In this document: in pieces, positions 10,993-22,900 of the stretch
How positions within the stretch are numbered: position 1 is the first letter of the stretch
Layout: each line of letters starts with the position of its first letter
From: Vitrella brassicaformis CCMP3155
Taxonomy: Eukaryota; Protista; Chromerida
DNA length: 64,000 nt
Assembly (NCBI GenBank): GCA_001179505.1
Contig: CDMY01000859.1
Coordinates: 1-64,000, forward strand
Direction of reading: 5' to 3'
Translations under genes and position numbers: made by a program
Notes under the pieces: model-generated
The model's input: the letters and a program-made list of their open reading frames with translations, nothing else
What the model was told of the DNA's origin: nothing
The model's database searches: none

Positions 10993-12033
10993 CGAAGTGC
11001 GGAGTGGTGAGCGCAAGGTGGGTGGAGAGGGAGGGGTAGTACCATTCTCTGGGGTCGATGATCCATGCGTTGAAGTAGAGCCTCATGGGTTCCGTCATGA
11101 GGTTAACCTGTGGATTGCAGCCCTTGTTCTCATCCTCCTCATTCACACCAGGCGGACACGCATTGTCCTGCACACGCACACATACAAATGCAGCGAGGTG
11201 ACAACCCTCCTCCCATGTCCAGGTTGCTTTCTCGTCTCCCGGACTCGACTCACCCAGCGGATGACCTTGCCGTCATAGAACCACGCTATGTGTCCAGGTG
11301 TCCACTCGAGAGTGTACGTGTGCCACCTCTTCTTGACCTCCCAGGTCTGCGCCTCGTGGTTGGCGGCCACCCCAGGGGCGGCGTAGAACTCCTCCTTGAT
11401 CTTGCGGCCGCTCTCCCAGCCCCACCCCGTAATGATGTTGGTCTGTATGGGGGTGTCCTTGAACCAGCCCTTGCCGTGCACTTCGAAATCCACCTCCTGC
11501 CAGCTGTTCGTTCCGGCCTTGTTGGTCTGGTTGACGTACAGAAAGAAGGCCGGCACCAAGCCGTCCATGTCGAAATTGGTCAGCCACCGGATCTCGAAGC
11601 GGCCGTAGTGGAAGAACTCGTGAGTGACCATACTCGCCCCCGTGATGTATCGGTGCCGACAGACCTTCGGGTTGGGGTCCCACGCACACGTGCCGTCAGG
11701 CCTCCAGCCCCCGGGATACACGCCGTCAGGAGGCGTTTCCGTTTCCAGAGCGACGGTGCCCTCCCCTTCTCTCGCTCCCTGCGGCTTCACTTGCCCACCT
11801 TTGTTGTGGCCACCTTGATTGCCTCCAGCTGCGTGTTGTTGTGGCTGCTGACCGTGCTTGCCCGGCACTTGAAGGCCGCTCGCTACAGGGGCGCTCTTGT
11901 GGATGCCGAGAGTGTCATAGTCGACAAGTGGCATCAGGTCTGGGTCGACGGGCGTCCTTCCCCAGCCATTTGCGAAGGGCGCCATGGCGGCAGACAGGGG
12001 CAGCGCCGCGGCGAGGGCGAGAAAGCGCTTCAT
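9154..12033 (-). CDS. Secreted modular glycoside hydrolase: signal peptide, circularly permuted GH16 (lichenase-type ExDxE), PAN/apple, Q/P-rich linker, trefoil (P-type) domain
   Basis: MKRFLALAAALPLSAA signal. GH16 motifs YGRFEIR, WQEVDFEV (11482-11496), WHTYTLEWTP..IAWFYDG, EPMRLYFNAW. PAN CYTYGMDMLG...CQQICQETEGC..W...CWL...GPKWC. Trefoil CGVGWEQRADCGWMGIDPQV|CEDRGCCYDQDAPH|GIIACYYKK. Introns were checked for phase. Confidence 0.9.
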
Positions 12034-12312
12034 ATGCCCTTTCCGAATGACCCCTCTTCTGGGGGATAAGGAGGGCTTTGTTCCCCTGCTGGCCTGCGAC
12101 TGGAAGCGGTACGGGCCGCGAGGTACTATTATTTTGCCGTACTTGTATTTCGGCGGCCGCTTGCAGCCGCCAACGGTCCAAAGGCGTTTCAGCCTGACAG
12201 AACTTTTTGGCTTTCGTTTCGTTTTCGCTTTTCTCTCTGTGGTTGTCTTCCCTTCTTCTCCTTTTCTCTCGTTCGCGCGATTCCTTCCCCTTCCAGCAGT
12301 CCTCCCAGCGAG

Positions 12313-13243
12313 ATGGTGACCCTCGTGAAGACGTGTGCCCTCCTCCTCATTGCGGCCTCCGTCGCCCTTGCGTCACACTCAGAGCTCGCCCGCCCCTGCG
12401 CCGCTGGAAACATCCAGGGCTGCCCACAGGAAGATGTCGCGCCGCCCGACGCTGCGAGAATGGCCGTTCAGCAGCCGACTGTTGGGGAGGGTGGTGAGAC
12501 ACCGCTCCAGCGGCAGCTGACCGCCCCTGAGACAGGCGACGCCAGCGCGTCGGCCGCCGAGGTGCCTGAGAAGGTGGAGTTGCGACAGCTGACGGACGCC
12601 GAGGCGGCGGCCGTTGTGGAGGGTCTCCGGAAGCTGGACCCTCGTCAGGCGCAGCACATCATCCGGTCGGGGTTCCTTGCGCGGACCTGCCCGTTGAACG
12701 GTGGCCCATCCTGCCCTGTGGCCTACTTCTCCGCCGAGGCTGGCATCCGCCGGATGCCCACCAACCAGAACGGCGTCACCCTACAGGGCCCCGAGGAGGC
12801 CTTCATCCAGTAGTAAGCAACCCACCACACCGCAACACACACACAACGCATCCCATGTACGTCTGCTGGTGGTGGGGTGTGTGTGTGTGTGTGCGTGCAG
12901 CCGTGACTGGGTTAACGACGGTGGTCAGTATCAGATCAAGGTGCCCAACATGAGCGGAAACGAGAACAGACCCGTCAGGGCGTCGCCCGAGAACGCCGCA
13001 GCGGCCGGCAGGGCCATCGGCATGGCGGCCATGAAGGCCAAGGGCAACCCCTTTGTCAGGACCCAGCCCGCCCAGGAGCAGCCGCCGGCCGCTGGCGCTG
13101 GCGGCGTTGGCGGCTCCTCGTCCTCGCCCGAGACGAGGCTGAACCCGCAGAAGAAGGCCTACTTGCCGGGTGAGATCCGAGGCACGAGCCGCAGCACCCG
13201 CCCCAACACCCTGAGGCGGTTGAGGGAGGAGAGGGACCAGTGA
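12313..13243 (+). CDS. Hypothetical secreted protein; 2 exons
   Basis: Signal-like MVTLVKTCALLLIAASVALA. Exon 1 ends CAG TA|gtaagc and exon 2 starts gcag|C CGT GAC TGG, in frame with ORF 12701-13243. Two Cys pairs (C-x7-C, C-x6-C). Confidence 0.75.
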
Positions 13244-14402
13244 GGACACTCACGAACAGACCGACTTACTACTTCCTGTAGCTAACTGCCTACTGCTGCT
13301 TCCTGCATGTTGTGTATGGTGTTGTGTGGTGTGGTGTTGTGTGGTGTGTGTACACTGGCTGACGATGGTGTGGTGTGTGCAGATGTGGGTGTGTAGATGT
13401 GTGTGTACTGTGTGTGGATGGATGGAGTGATGGCCACTGCGTGTGTCGGGTCGCTCTTTACGTACGGTGTACGGGTGGGTGGCGAGGGGCGCAAACATAC
13501 CAACCATGCCTAAAAACGGGCTGTTTTCTACCAGGGCGTCCAATTGGGCACCTCTTGATGGATGCGCGGCCGGCCACTCGACCCGACCGATGGACGAATG
13601 GCTTATGTAGATACGACACAACACAGGCAGGCAGAGAGAGGGGAGAGGGGGCGCGTGTGTGCATGGGGTGTGGCGTCTTGGTTGGACTGTCTGGCGCGAG
13701 GCCATCCCATCATCTCTTTCACACGCTACTCTGGCTTGTATGGTGTATTCATACGTTCCCTCTGAAATGTTTGATGCATTAATGTCTCTCCCACTGGACC
13801 CCCGCCGCATTTCTTTCTCGCCGTCTCTCTCGCTCTCCCTCTCTCTCTCTCGCATGCTCTTGTCACGTCTCATCACACACTGGTTTGTGTGTGGAGAAGG
13901 GGATGGATGGATGGATGGTAGTAGGGTACGCGCTGCAGAGGACACTCTCACTACTCACTCTCTCGCTGGTCGGTGGCTCTCTGTCTCGTTAGTACGTTGG
14001 CTCACTGATGGATGGCCGTGTGGCCGATGGGGGCGTGGCTGTGTGCATGGCATGGATGGGGCGGGGTGGTGGAGTGGGGCAAGAGAAGCCGCTGAATGGA
14101 ATGGCTGTGTTGCTGGGTCAACAGGCAGGTGGGATGAGCGGACGATGCAATGCGATGAATGAGGTCGTGTCACGAAAGACTCGTCCACGTGTGCATGGCA
14201 TGGCTGTCTGTCGTGCGTGTGGGTGGGGCGGGGGTGAGCCCTAAAGCGGCCCTTCGGCTCACTTACTGCGCGGGCAGATGGATGTGTGTTGTACGTCCGT
14301 ATCCGTCAACCAACACATGGCACGAACGAATCATTACATGAACCGCAGAAGAGTCGAGTCCTCAGTCCTCTCCCCTCCCCCAATATGCACACCCACCAGC
14401 CC

Positions 14403-14702
14403 NNNNNNNNNNNNNNNNNNNNNNNNNNNNNNNNNNNNNNNNNNNNNNNNNNNNNNNNNNNNNNNNNNNNNNNNNNNNNNNNNNNNNNNNNNNNNNNNNN
14501 NNNNNNNNNNNNNNNNNNNNNNNNNNNNNNNNNNNNNNNNNNNNNNNNNNNNNNNNNNNNNNNNNNNNNNNNNNNNNNNNNNNNNNNNNNNNNNNNNNNN
14601 NNNNNNNNNNNNNNNNNNNNNNNNNNNNNNNNNNNNNNNNNNNNNNNNNNNNNNNNNNNNNNNNNNNNNNNNNNNNNNNNNNNNNNNNNNNNNNNNNNNN
14701 NN
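14403..14702. other. Assembly gap (300 N)
   Basis: N run. Confidence 1.
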
Positions 14703-14897
14703 CCCCCCCCGTTCACTCGATCAGCAACCATATGTGGGGCAATGGGTGTCAGTGTTGGCTACAGCTACGGCTACGGCTAACAGGGGCGGAGAGGCTGCAC
14801 AAAGGGCCCCGAGATGGAGCGATCCATCTGCAGGAAAGGGCAAAGGACCAAACGGACAGTGAGAACCACCACCCGATCCATCACACCCCCTACCCAC

Positions 14898-17857
14898 CTA
14901 GGTGGGGAAGCCGCCAGCCCGCACGGCCAGTTGGGAGTCCACGCCGTCACCGAAGATCATCCGGAGCGTCTCGAGCCCCACGACGTCATCCCTGCGGATG
15001 AATCGGGCGGTCCTCGGGTACCTCTCGCCAGGGAACCCTTCATCGGCTTGTCGCTCGCTGGTGCGGATCATGATGTTGGCGTTCTCGGCATCACCGGTGC
15101 CGCTCTTCTGCACTATCATCACGACGCCGAACGGGCCACCTGCCGCCCCGCAGCTGAGGAATACGATTGTCGTGCTGGTGCCGAGGGTGTTGGTGTGGGT
15201 GTTGGTGATGGGCACGTCCTTGGCCACCCGCTGGAATGTGGATGGTGTCTCGAGGAGATGGGTCATGTACGCCCAGGCTGCGGGGTTCTGCATATGGCGG
15301 CGGCCATGTGTCCGCCGGGAGATGCTGACCTCGAGCACCAGCTTCCACTGGTTCTGGTGGAACTCGAAGCCGAGCCGCTCCTTCACCACACGCCTGCACG
15401 CACAGCAACAAAACAATGACAGCACAGCCTACAGTCAGATCATGTACGTGTCGTGCTGCTAGGTGGGTGGGTGGATGGGTGGGTGGATGGGTGGATTTGT
15501 ACCCCATGACGACGGCATCCGTGAAGGTGGGATACACATGACTGCCCACTGCACACAGGAAGACACACACATGAGGACGGGCATTTGGATCTTTGGCCAG
15601 TGCGTTCTCTCTCACCCTGACACACGGGGTCCTTGCGGTTGAACGTCGCGGCGAATGGGTGGTTCAACGCGAGTGAGCCAGATCGCTTCACCTGAAGGCC
15701 TTGCCCGCCCAGACGGCCATGTCCGTGCTCGTTGATCGGCCCCACCGCAAACTCCAGCAGATGACCAAACACCTGCACACATCCACAGACACACGGAGAG
15801 GAAAAGAAACCGCCTTTTTCGTCGTGTGAGTGGATGGATGGATGGATGGACGTGTTGACAGGGATGCGTACCATGTACTGCCGTATGGTCTCCGGCTGCT
15901 TGAGGAAGATGCGCATCGACGTCACCTTCTGCACCTCTCGCCACCCGAGTTTGATGGGCAGGAAGAAGGGCCGCAGCGGCGGGTGCCGCTCGAGGCCGCC
16001 ATGGGCAGCGCATCTCAGCGGCCCGCCCCACCCCGCCCAGTCGCCCCCCTTCTCGAGTATCCACGACAGGCCCAGCAGGTACTTGGGCAGATTGGCCGGC
16101 GACACATCTGCCGCATCCTCCATGCGCACGACGTCCGTGAGGCCTCGCGTGCTGATGAAGGTCTCGATCCGGTTGGTCAGGAAGTTGGTGTTGACGATCG
16201 CGCGGAAGGCTCTGCACACGAGCCGGACGCGGCACATGTCGGTGCCGAAGGGCATGTAGTTGGCTATGTTGCTGATGCAGTCGTGTGGCAGGTCGCCGAG
16301 GGACCGGATGGAGGTGAAGCCCGTGAAGGGTGGAGGTGGTGTGGACTCCTTGTACCAGAACCCAGAACTCACCTAATGAGACCAGCACACACGCAATATG
16401 GATGCCAAATGCACAAACCATGCCTCCCCCCTGTTTGCCTACGGCTTTTGGCGGGAGCTTCTTGAACGGCGTGTAGACGTTGGGCACATCCACGACGAAC
16501 ATCTCNNNNNNNNNNNNNNNNNNNNNNNNNNNNNNNNNNNNNNNNNNNNNNNNNNNNNNNNNNNNNNNNNNNNNNNNNNNNNNNNNNNNNNNNNNNNNNN
16601 NNNNNNNNNNNNNNNNNNNNNNNNNNNNNNNNNNNNNNNNNNNNNNNNNNNNNNNNNNNNNNNNNNNNNNNNNNNNNNNNNNNNNNNNNNNNNNNNNNNN
16701 NNNNNNNNNNNNNNNNNNNNNNNNNNNNNNNNNNNNNNNNNNNNNNNNNNNNNNNNNNNNNNNNNNNNNNNNNNNNNNNNNNNNNNNNNNNNNNNNNNNN
16801 NNNNNGCACACATCCACAGACACACGGAGAGGAAAAGAAACCGCCTTTTTCGTCGTGTGAGTGGATGGATGGATGGATGGATGGATGGATGGACGTGTTG
16901 ACAGGGATGCGTACCATGTACTGCCGTATGGCCTCCGGCTGCTTGAGGGAGATGCGCATCGACGTCACCTTCTGCACCTCTCGCCACCCGAGTTTGATGG
17001 GCAGGAAGAAGGGCCGCAGCGGCGGGTGCCGCTCGAGGCCGCCATGGGCAGCGCATCTCAGCGGCCCGCCCCACCCCGCCCAGTCGCCCCCCTTCTCGAG
17101 TATCCACGACAGGCCCAGCAGGTACTTGGGCAGATTGGCCGGCGACACATCTGCCGCATCCTCCATGCGCACGACGTCCGTGAGGCCTCGCGTGCTGATG
17201 AAGGTCTCGATCCGGTTGGTCAGGAAGTTGGTGTTGACGATCGCGCGGAAGGCTCTGCACACGAGCCGGACGCGGCACATGTCGGTGCCGAAGGGCATGT
17301 AGTTGGCTATGTTGCTGATGCAGTCGTGTGGCAGGTCGCCGAGGGACCGGATGGAGGTGAAGCCCGTGAAGGGTGGAGGTGGTGTGGACTCCTTGTACCA
17401 GAACCCAGAACTCACCTAATGAGACCAGCACACACGCAATATGGATGCCAAATGCACAAACCATGCCTCCCCCCTGTTTGCCTACGGCTTTTGGCGGGAG
17501 CTTCTTGAACGGCGTGTAGACGTTGGGCACATCCACGACGAACATCTCAGTGCTGTGGATGGCCCTCATGTGCACGCGGGTCTTGCCGGCGCCCGATGGT
17601 GCCGTGGCGTACACGGCCGCCTCCACCCAGTCGTATCTGTCGTTGACCTTGACGTCGGACACCAGCAGCACTCTAACCCCCTCCTTGTACCGACACGCAC
17701 GCAACGCCTGATGGATGGACGGGGTGGGATGATACAGAGAGCAACAAAGAAGGAATGCACGAAGGCGAGGCGAGATTTGTGCTGTGCTGTGGAGTGCTCT
17801 GCCCTCTCATCCGTCGCCCCTCACCTGCCCATGACGAAAAGAAGACGGCCGCATCAT
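14898..17857 (-). CDS. Lineage-specific expanded-family protein with an F-box-like segment; model confounded by a duplicated block around the gap
   Basis: Start MMRPSSFRHGQ|. F-box-like SLGDLPHDCISNIANYM..TDMCRVRLVCRAFR. Then LSWILEKGGDWAGW, RQYM|VFGHLL, and C-terminal IMIRTSE...FPGERYPRTAR...GGFPT*. Resembles, from memory, Vitrella-specific families. Confidence 0.7.
15775..17548. repeat. Near-identical direct duplication flanking a gap: 15775-16505 vs 16806-17548
   Basis: The copies differ by 12 nt of (GGAT)n and two substitutions that I found (IFLKQPETIR vs ISLKQPEAIR). Confidence 0.95.
16506..16805. other. Assembly gap (300 N)
   Basis: N run. Confidence 1.
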
Positions 17858-17995
17858 GGCACCGGCTCAAGAGTAGAGGTGCTCAATGCGGCAATGCCAT
17901 CAGCTAACGGCGGAAAGGCTCGGATCTCGGCCGTCCGTTCCGTTTACTTTAGGGTTTGCGGGGTTTGACTGCATCCTTCTCGGCTCCTCAGTATA

Positions 17996-19381
17996 ATGGA
18001 CGAGAGCACGCCAGGGCAGCCCCGGGCCCGAGCGCGTCCTCTGAGGCGGCTGTTCAAGCCAGCTGCAACAGAGAAGAGGACAGAGCCCCGCGTCACAGAT
18101 CCCGCGCAGGACCGGGCTGACGACAAGAGGGCAAGGAGATGCCAAATCCGCTGCCCTCGCTCGCCTGATCTGGTGTGCCCTTGCCACGAGCGTCTGACGG
18201 AGCCCGAGCGGCGGGCGTTGGAGAGAATTAGGGCCGCGGGCGGTGTCGTGTTTGATGAGGGCAACGAGGTCCACGAGGTCCGCTTGGCCAGGCTGTGGAC
18301 GCTTCTCCGCCCAGGTGAGATTTGACGAGGGGGGAAGGAATGGTCTGGATGGTCTCTGTTGTCGTGTACAGATGAGGGTGTTTGCCCGAAGTCGTCACTG
18401 CAGTGGAAGGGGCTAGGCTTCCAGGGCGAGAACCCGCGGACAGACTTCCGCGGCGCTGGGCTGCTGGCCCTCCAGTGCCTCGTGTACATGGCGGAACAAT
18501 ATACTCAGGTGCGCAGGGGCGATAATGTTACAAACAGGTTGATGGGCCCGTTGCTGCCATTCCCTCTTTATGTGTTGTTCAGGATTTGTTGCTGTTGGTA
18601 GAGGAGTCGGCTTCGCTGCACCACTATCCTGTGGCCGCGGCACTCATCAATGTCACGGTGAGGGATATGCATAGCCCGCCATCAATGTGGTGGTCCATGG
18701 GGCCTCCGTCTTCCTTGTGTGTTGCAATGCAGCACTTCTTGGTGGTATTCTTGCGGCTGACGGAGCCGTCGATTCGGCACCTGAGTCCAGCCAAGCCCAG
18801 CAGACCGGCGAATAAACGGTACAAAGATATCAGTCAGTCCGGAGAGACATTCCACACAAACACACGCCTCGCCTTGCTATGTGTGTGTTCGTGGGCAGGT
18901 GTATCAAGGCCTTCGCGCGGCTGGCCGTCGACCCCACGAAATTGAGCTCGACGAAACAGGGCACCCACTGTTCTTTCTCCCTGTCCCCCTTGTCTGTCTG
19001 TGTCAGTGTGCCTTTGAGGAGCTGTTTTGCGCGTCGGCTCTGTTCCTGCACCGCTCGTGGAAGCAAAAAATGTCAGCGGGGGCCTCTGGGGGGTTGAGGA
19101 CACTCCGACATGGATGGTATGTGGATGGATGGTTTCAGGCAGGCCGGGTCGGGCAGCATCACCCTGCTGGCCTTCAACTCCACCTTCTACACACTGCAGG
19201 TGAGGCGGCTGACCCACACCATCCGTCCATGCAGACCACGGCTGACGTGTGTGTGTTGTCTGGATGTGCCTGCTGCCTGCAGGAGGGTGTTCGTTGGATG
19301 CTGTCTCAGCGTCCGTCGGGTGTGGGTGACTTCCACCGAATGCTCAGCCAACACCACACGAAGAAGGACAAATGGGTGTGA
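17996..19381 (+). CDS. ELMOD: ELMO domain-containing protein (ELMOD, ARL/ARF GAP family); multi-exon
   Basis: LARLWTLLRP|...QWKGLGFQGENPRTDFRGAGLLALQCLVYMAE...YPVAAALINVT...FEELFCASALFLHRSW. The GAP arginine motif TDFRG is intact. Confidence 0.9.
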
Positions 19382-19980
19382 AGCCCAGGTAGCTGCCAGC
19401 GACAGTGTGGATTCGACGTGTGCGTCGAAGGATGGACGACAAACTGTACATATTTGCGTGTGTGGATGGACCGACATGTTGTGGTCGACTGACTTAACAC
19501 CAAAGCACGCAGTGAGCGTTCGAATTGATGGCAAGCAAGCCTTCCATTCCACGGAAAGCCGAGCTCGCAGTGCTCAGCCGACACGAAACACGCACACGTG
19601 GACGCACAGCGCACATGCATGGATGGATGGACGGATGGATGTGACTTGAGAGGGAAGGAGAGAGGAAGGGCCTCTGCCGTGCAGGCAGAGGAATGGATGA
19701 GACAGGTGTCTGGCTCGCTGGATGGCTGGATGGCTGGCTGTACGCGCCGAATGAAGAAAAAAACCCACAAGGCACACATCCAGACACCGCACGCACACAC
19801 GGATGGATGGATGGACGGTTTATTAGCAGCGACGTGTGTACACAAGCAGCACGAAAAAACCCTATCGTTGCGCGTGAGTGTGTGAGCGGTCACTAAACGA
19901 CACGGACGAAAACACGTATGCACTTGACAGCAAAAAGTGACGCCAAAACATGCAGACAGACAGGCCAATCTCATCTCATC

Positions 19981-22900
19981 TCATCTCAGCAAAATGCCGG
20001 CAAAGTGCGTGCCGACCTTCTCCACCGGCTCTGCAAGGGCGTTCTTGAGGTAGCAGCATGTGCCGGTGCCGGTTCCTTCGCAATTTCTGATGTACTGGTA
20101 GGCCAGGCAGTCGTCCGTCTCGACGCACTTGTTGGCACACTGGCCCTCCTGCAGGTTGCGAAAGGGGTCGCCCTCGTTGATGTTGTTGCCCTCGCCGTAA
20201 TCCATGTTGGGCTTGACCGCAAAGCAGTGATCCACATCGCCGAGGACCACCTTCCGACCAGAGAAGACCTGACATGACCACACACAGAGAGAGGCGGAAA
20301 CCCCCATCTGTGTTGGACTGCTTGTGTGTGGCTGGTATGCTCTCCCTCACCATTTCTGCGCCCCTTTCGACCGCCTTGAGTGACTTGAGGTAGCAGCAGT
20401 TGGCCTGGTTGCCGGTGCACTGAGGCAGGAAGGTGTACCCCCCACACATGGTGTCAGCGAGACACGCCTCGGCGCACTCGCCCTCGCTGTAGTCGGGAAA
20501 GGGCTCCTTAACGAGGTCTTCGCCGAACGGCAGGTCGTTCAACGGCAGAAACTGGAAGCACTCCACATTCTCTGGTCAATCAATCAGATGGAGACATCGC
20601 CGTGTGTGGGGGTCGATCGTGTCTATGTGGCTGTGGCGTACGTGAGCATCCGATGTCGAGCTCGAGGAGGCCGGATGAGCCGCCCAACCCACCCGCGACA
20701 ATGTAATAGGTACCCGCACCGAGGGTCCTCTTGATAGCTGGCCGACACACACACACACACGCTCGCACCCCAATGCACAGCGATGCGATGCCTGCCGTCT
20801 CTTTGGCTTTCTGCGTGTCGCTCACAGGCGCACTCGTAGTTCCCACATGCGGCGGGCGAGATCGCGGCACCTTGGCTCTCGTCACTTGTGGCAATGCACG
20901 ACGACGCCCCGTCCCCCGAACAATCGCTCACCAGGGCGACCATGGCGTTTGGGACGGAGGTCTGTTCTCGCGGCACCGTCAGTGCGGCGGCGACTGTCTG
21001 TTTGGAGGGGATGGTGGATGGGGGTATTCTGAACTTGAATATGCGGGTGTGGGTGCTGGCGTTGAAGGACCCGCAGTTGCTTAGGAAACCTGTGCCGGCA
21101 TCTGCAGCCGAAGACACACGGATGGCACATGCTATGCATTCAGAATGAGGGCGCGGCGATCTCGCTTTGCCTGTTTCTGAGGGTATGTGGGTCAGGATGG
21201 TATCGCCACAGCCGTACTCCTTCTCCTCGACCACCCCATCCGCAACCAGCGATGCATCACACTCTGCATTGCAACCAACCACACACAAAGCCAATGAATG
21301 CGCGCCATGCCAAAGGTCTCCCACAGCCCGTCGGCGCTCACCAGCGAAAGTGCTGTTGGGTGCCTGCGGTAGCATTTCGCCGTTCATGAGGGCAAATGTC
21401 GCCGTAAAGGCTCCTTCCAGGTGCTCGACACCATCGTAGGTGAGGGGGATGGCCGTCACGGACACCTGACGCTCCTGCTCTTCCATCAGGCTGGCGACAT
21501 CCTCGTCAAAGCACGACAGCACCTTCTTGCCACTGCCACCGCCACACAGAAAAAAGGGCTCCATAGCTGAACGAAAACACACCACAGCAAAAGGCAGACA
21601 GGTGTGTGTGTGGATTTGCGTGTCTGTGTGTGTGATCCCCGGTCCGCTCACTGTCTAGTCTGGTGGTCCATCTGGTATGATCGCCAAGGGTCATCCGGAG
21701 GTCCTGTGTGGCGAACCGGACGGCCTTCGTGGATGCCGTCGTCTCGGCCCGCACGTTGAACAGCGGAAACCGTGGCAGGTTGAGATTCACGACATCGTTC
21801 TGCATGTACGTGTGGCGCAGCAGAGACTCCGACTCAGAGGGAAGGTGCGTGTCGCTGGTCACGGTGATTGACAGCACTTTCGGCTCCGCGTCTAACACAC
21901 ACACAAACATACAGATATTCTCTCCTTTCCTCTCGGCGTAAGTGTAATCAATCGCCTGGCTTACGTGGGTCGAGGTTCTTGATTCGGACGGGAATACAAG
22001 GAGGGGGCCGTCGCACTCCGTTCTCGAAACACAGGTTGTTCGCCTTGAGGATCGCATCATCACAGCACTCTTCGGACCCTCCCGCCAGCATGTCGCATCC
22101 GGTCTTTCCGCATGACCCACACGTCGTTGGGCAACACACCGTCCGCTCAGCGTTGAGAAGCCCGGGGGCCGCCTCGCACGACGAGTAGGTGGGCGAATAG
22201 TCTGCAGACACAATAATGAAAATTGTTGGGGAGCTGTGGCTGCAGAAGGGTGAGGTACAGAAACACCCATACTGTCTGCTATGCAGGGTGCTTCGCCCTC
22301 ATGGCAGGAGCGGCCCGCTTCGGCTATCTTCTCGGGACAGCAGCCATCCTCTTCTTCCGCCCGGGTGCCGCAGCTGGACGCGTCGCACTTGCTGCACCCC
22401 GGGGCACAACATGCGAACCTGCGGCCCACCACAAGATGTCACATTGTCACGTGCGCACCGATGGATGTGGTGCTCTTCCACTGACCAGGTGGGGTCCAAT
22501 GTGCCCCCCAGCTCATTGCAAACAGTCGTTGAGAAGAGCAGGTGATTCTCACCGTTCCCATCAGCCGCTATTGGATAGCGCTGCACCTGCTGCACCTCTG
22601 CCCGCAGAGCCGCCCTTGCAGCCTTCCCTTCATCACACAGCGGCAGTGTGCCCTTCTGACGCCACTGCTCAGCGACGGCTGGAGAGGCGCTCTGCAGCAG
22701 CTTTTCGGGCAGCTCCTCGGCTCCACCTTCTCGGCACAGTCGGCAGCAGGAAAGGCCGAGGGCGCCGCAGCCATGCGGCCGTTGACTGCCTTCTGAGTCC
22801 CGGCAGTCGGGGTCGTACAACAATTCGTGCTTCTCGCAGGTGGCTCGCCGGCATACCTCGGCACCTGATCAAACAAAGGGGTGAAGAAGAAAGAGGGGTC

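Noticed and set aside
11110-12069. Long plus-strand ORF (319 aa); similar antisense ORFs over CDC50, TOP1, ESF1 and the p35-like gene
   Set aside because: They lie opposite genuine GC-rich coding exons, where antisense stops are rare, and show no recognisable motifs.
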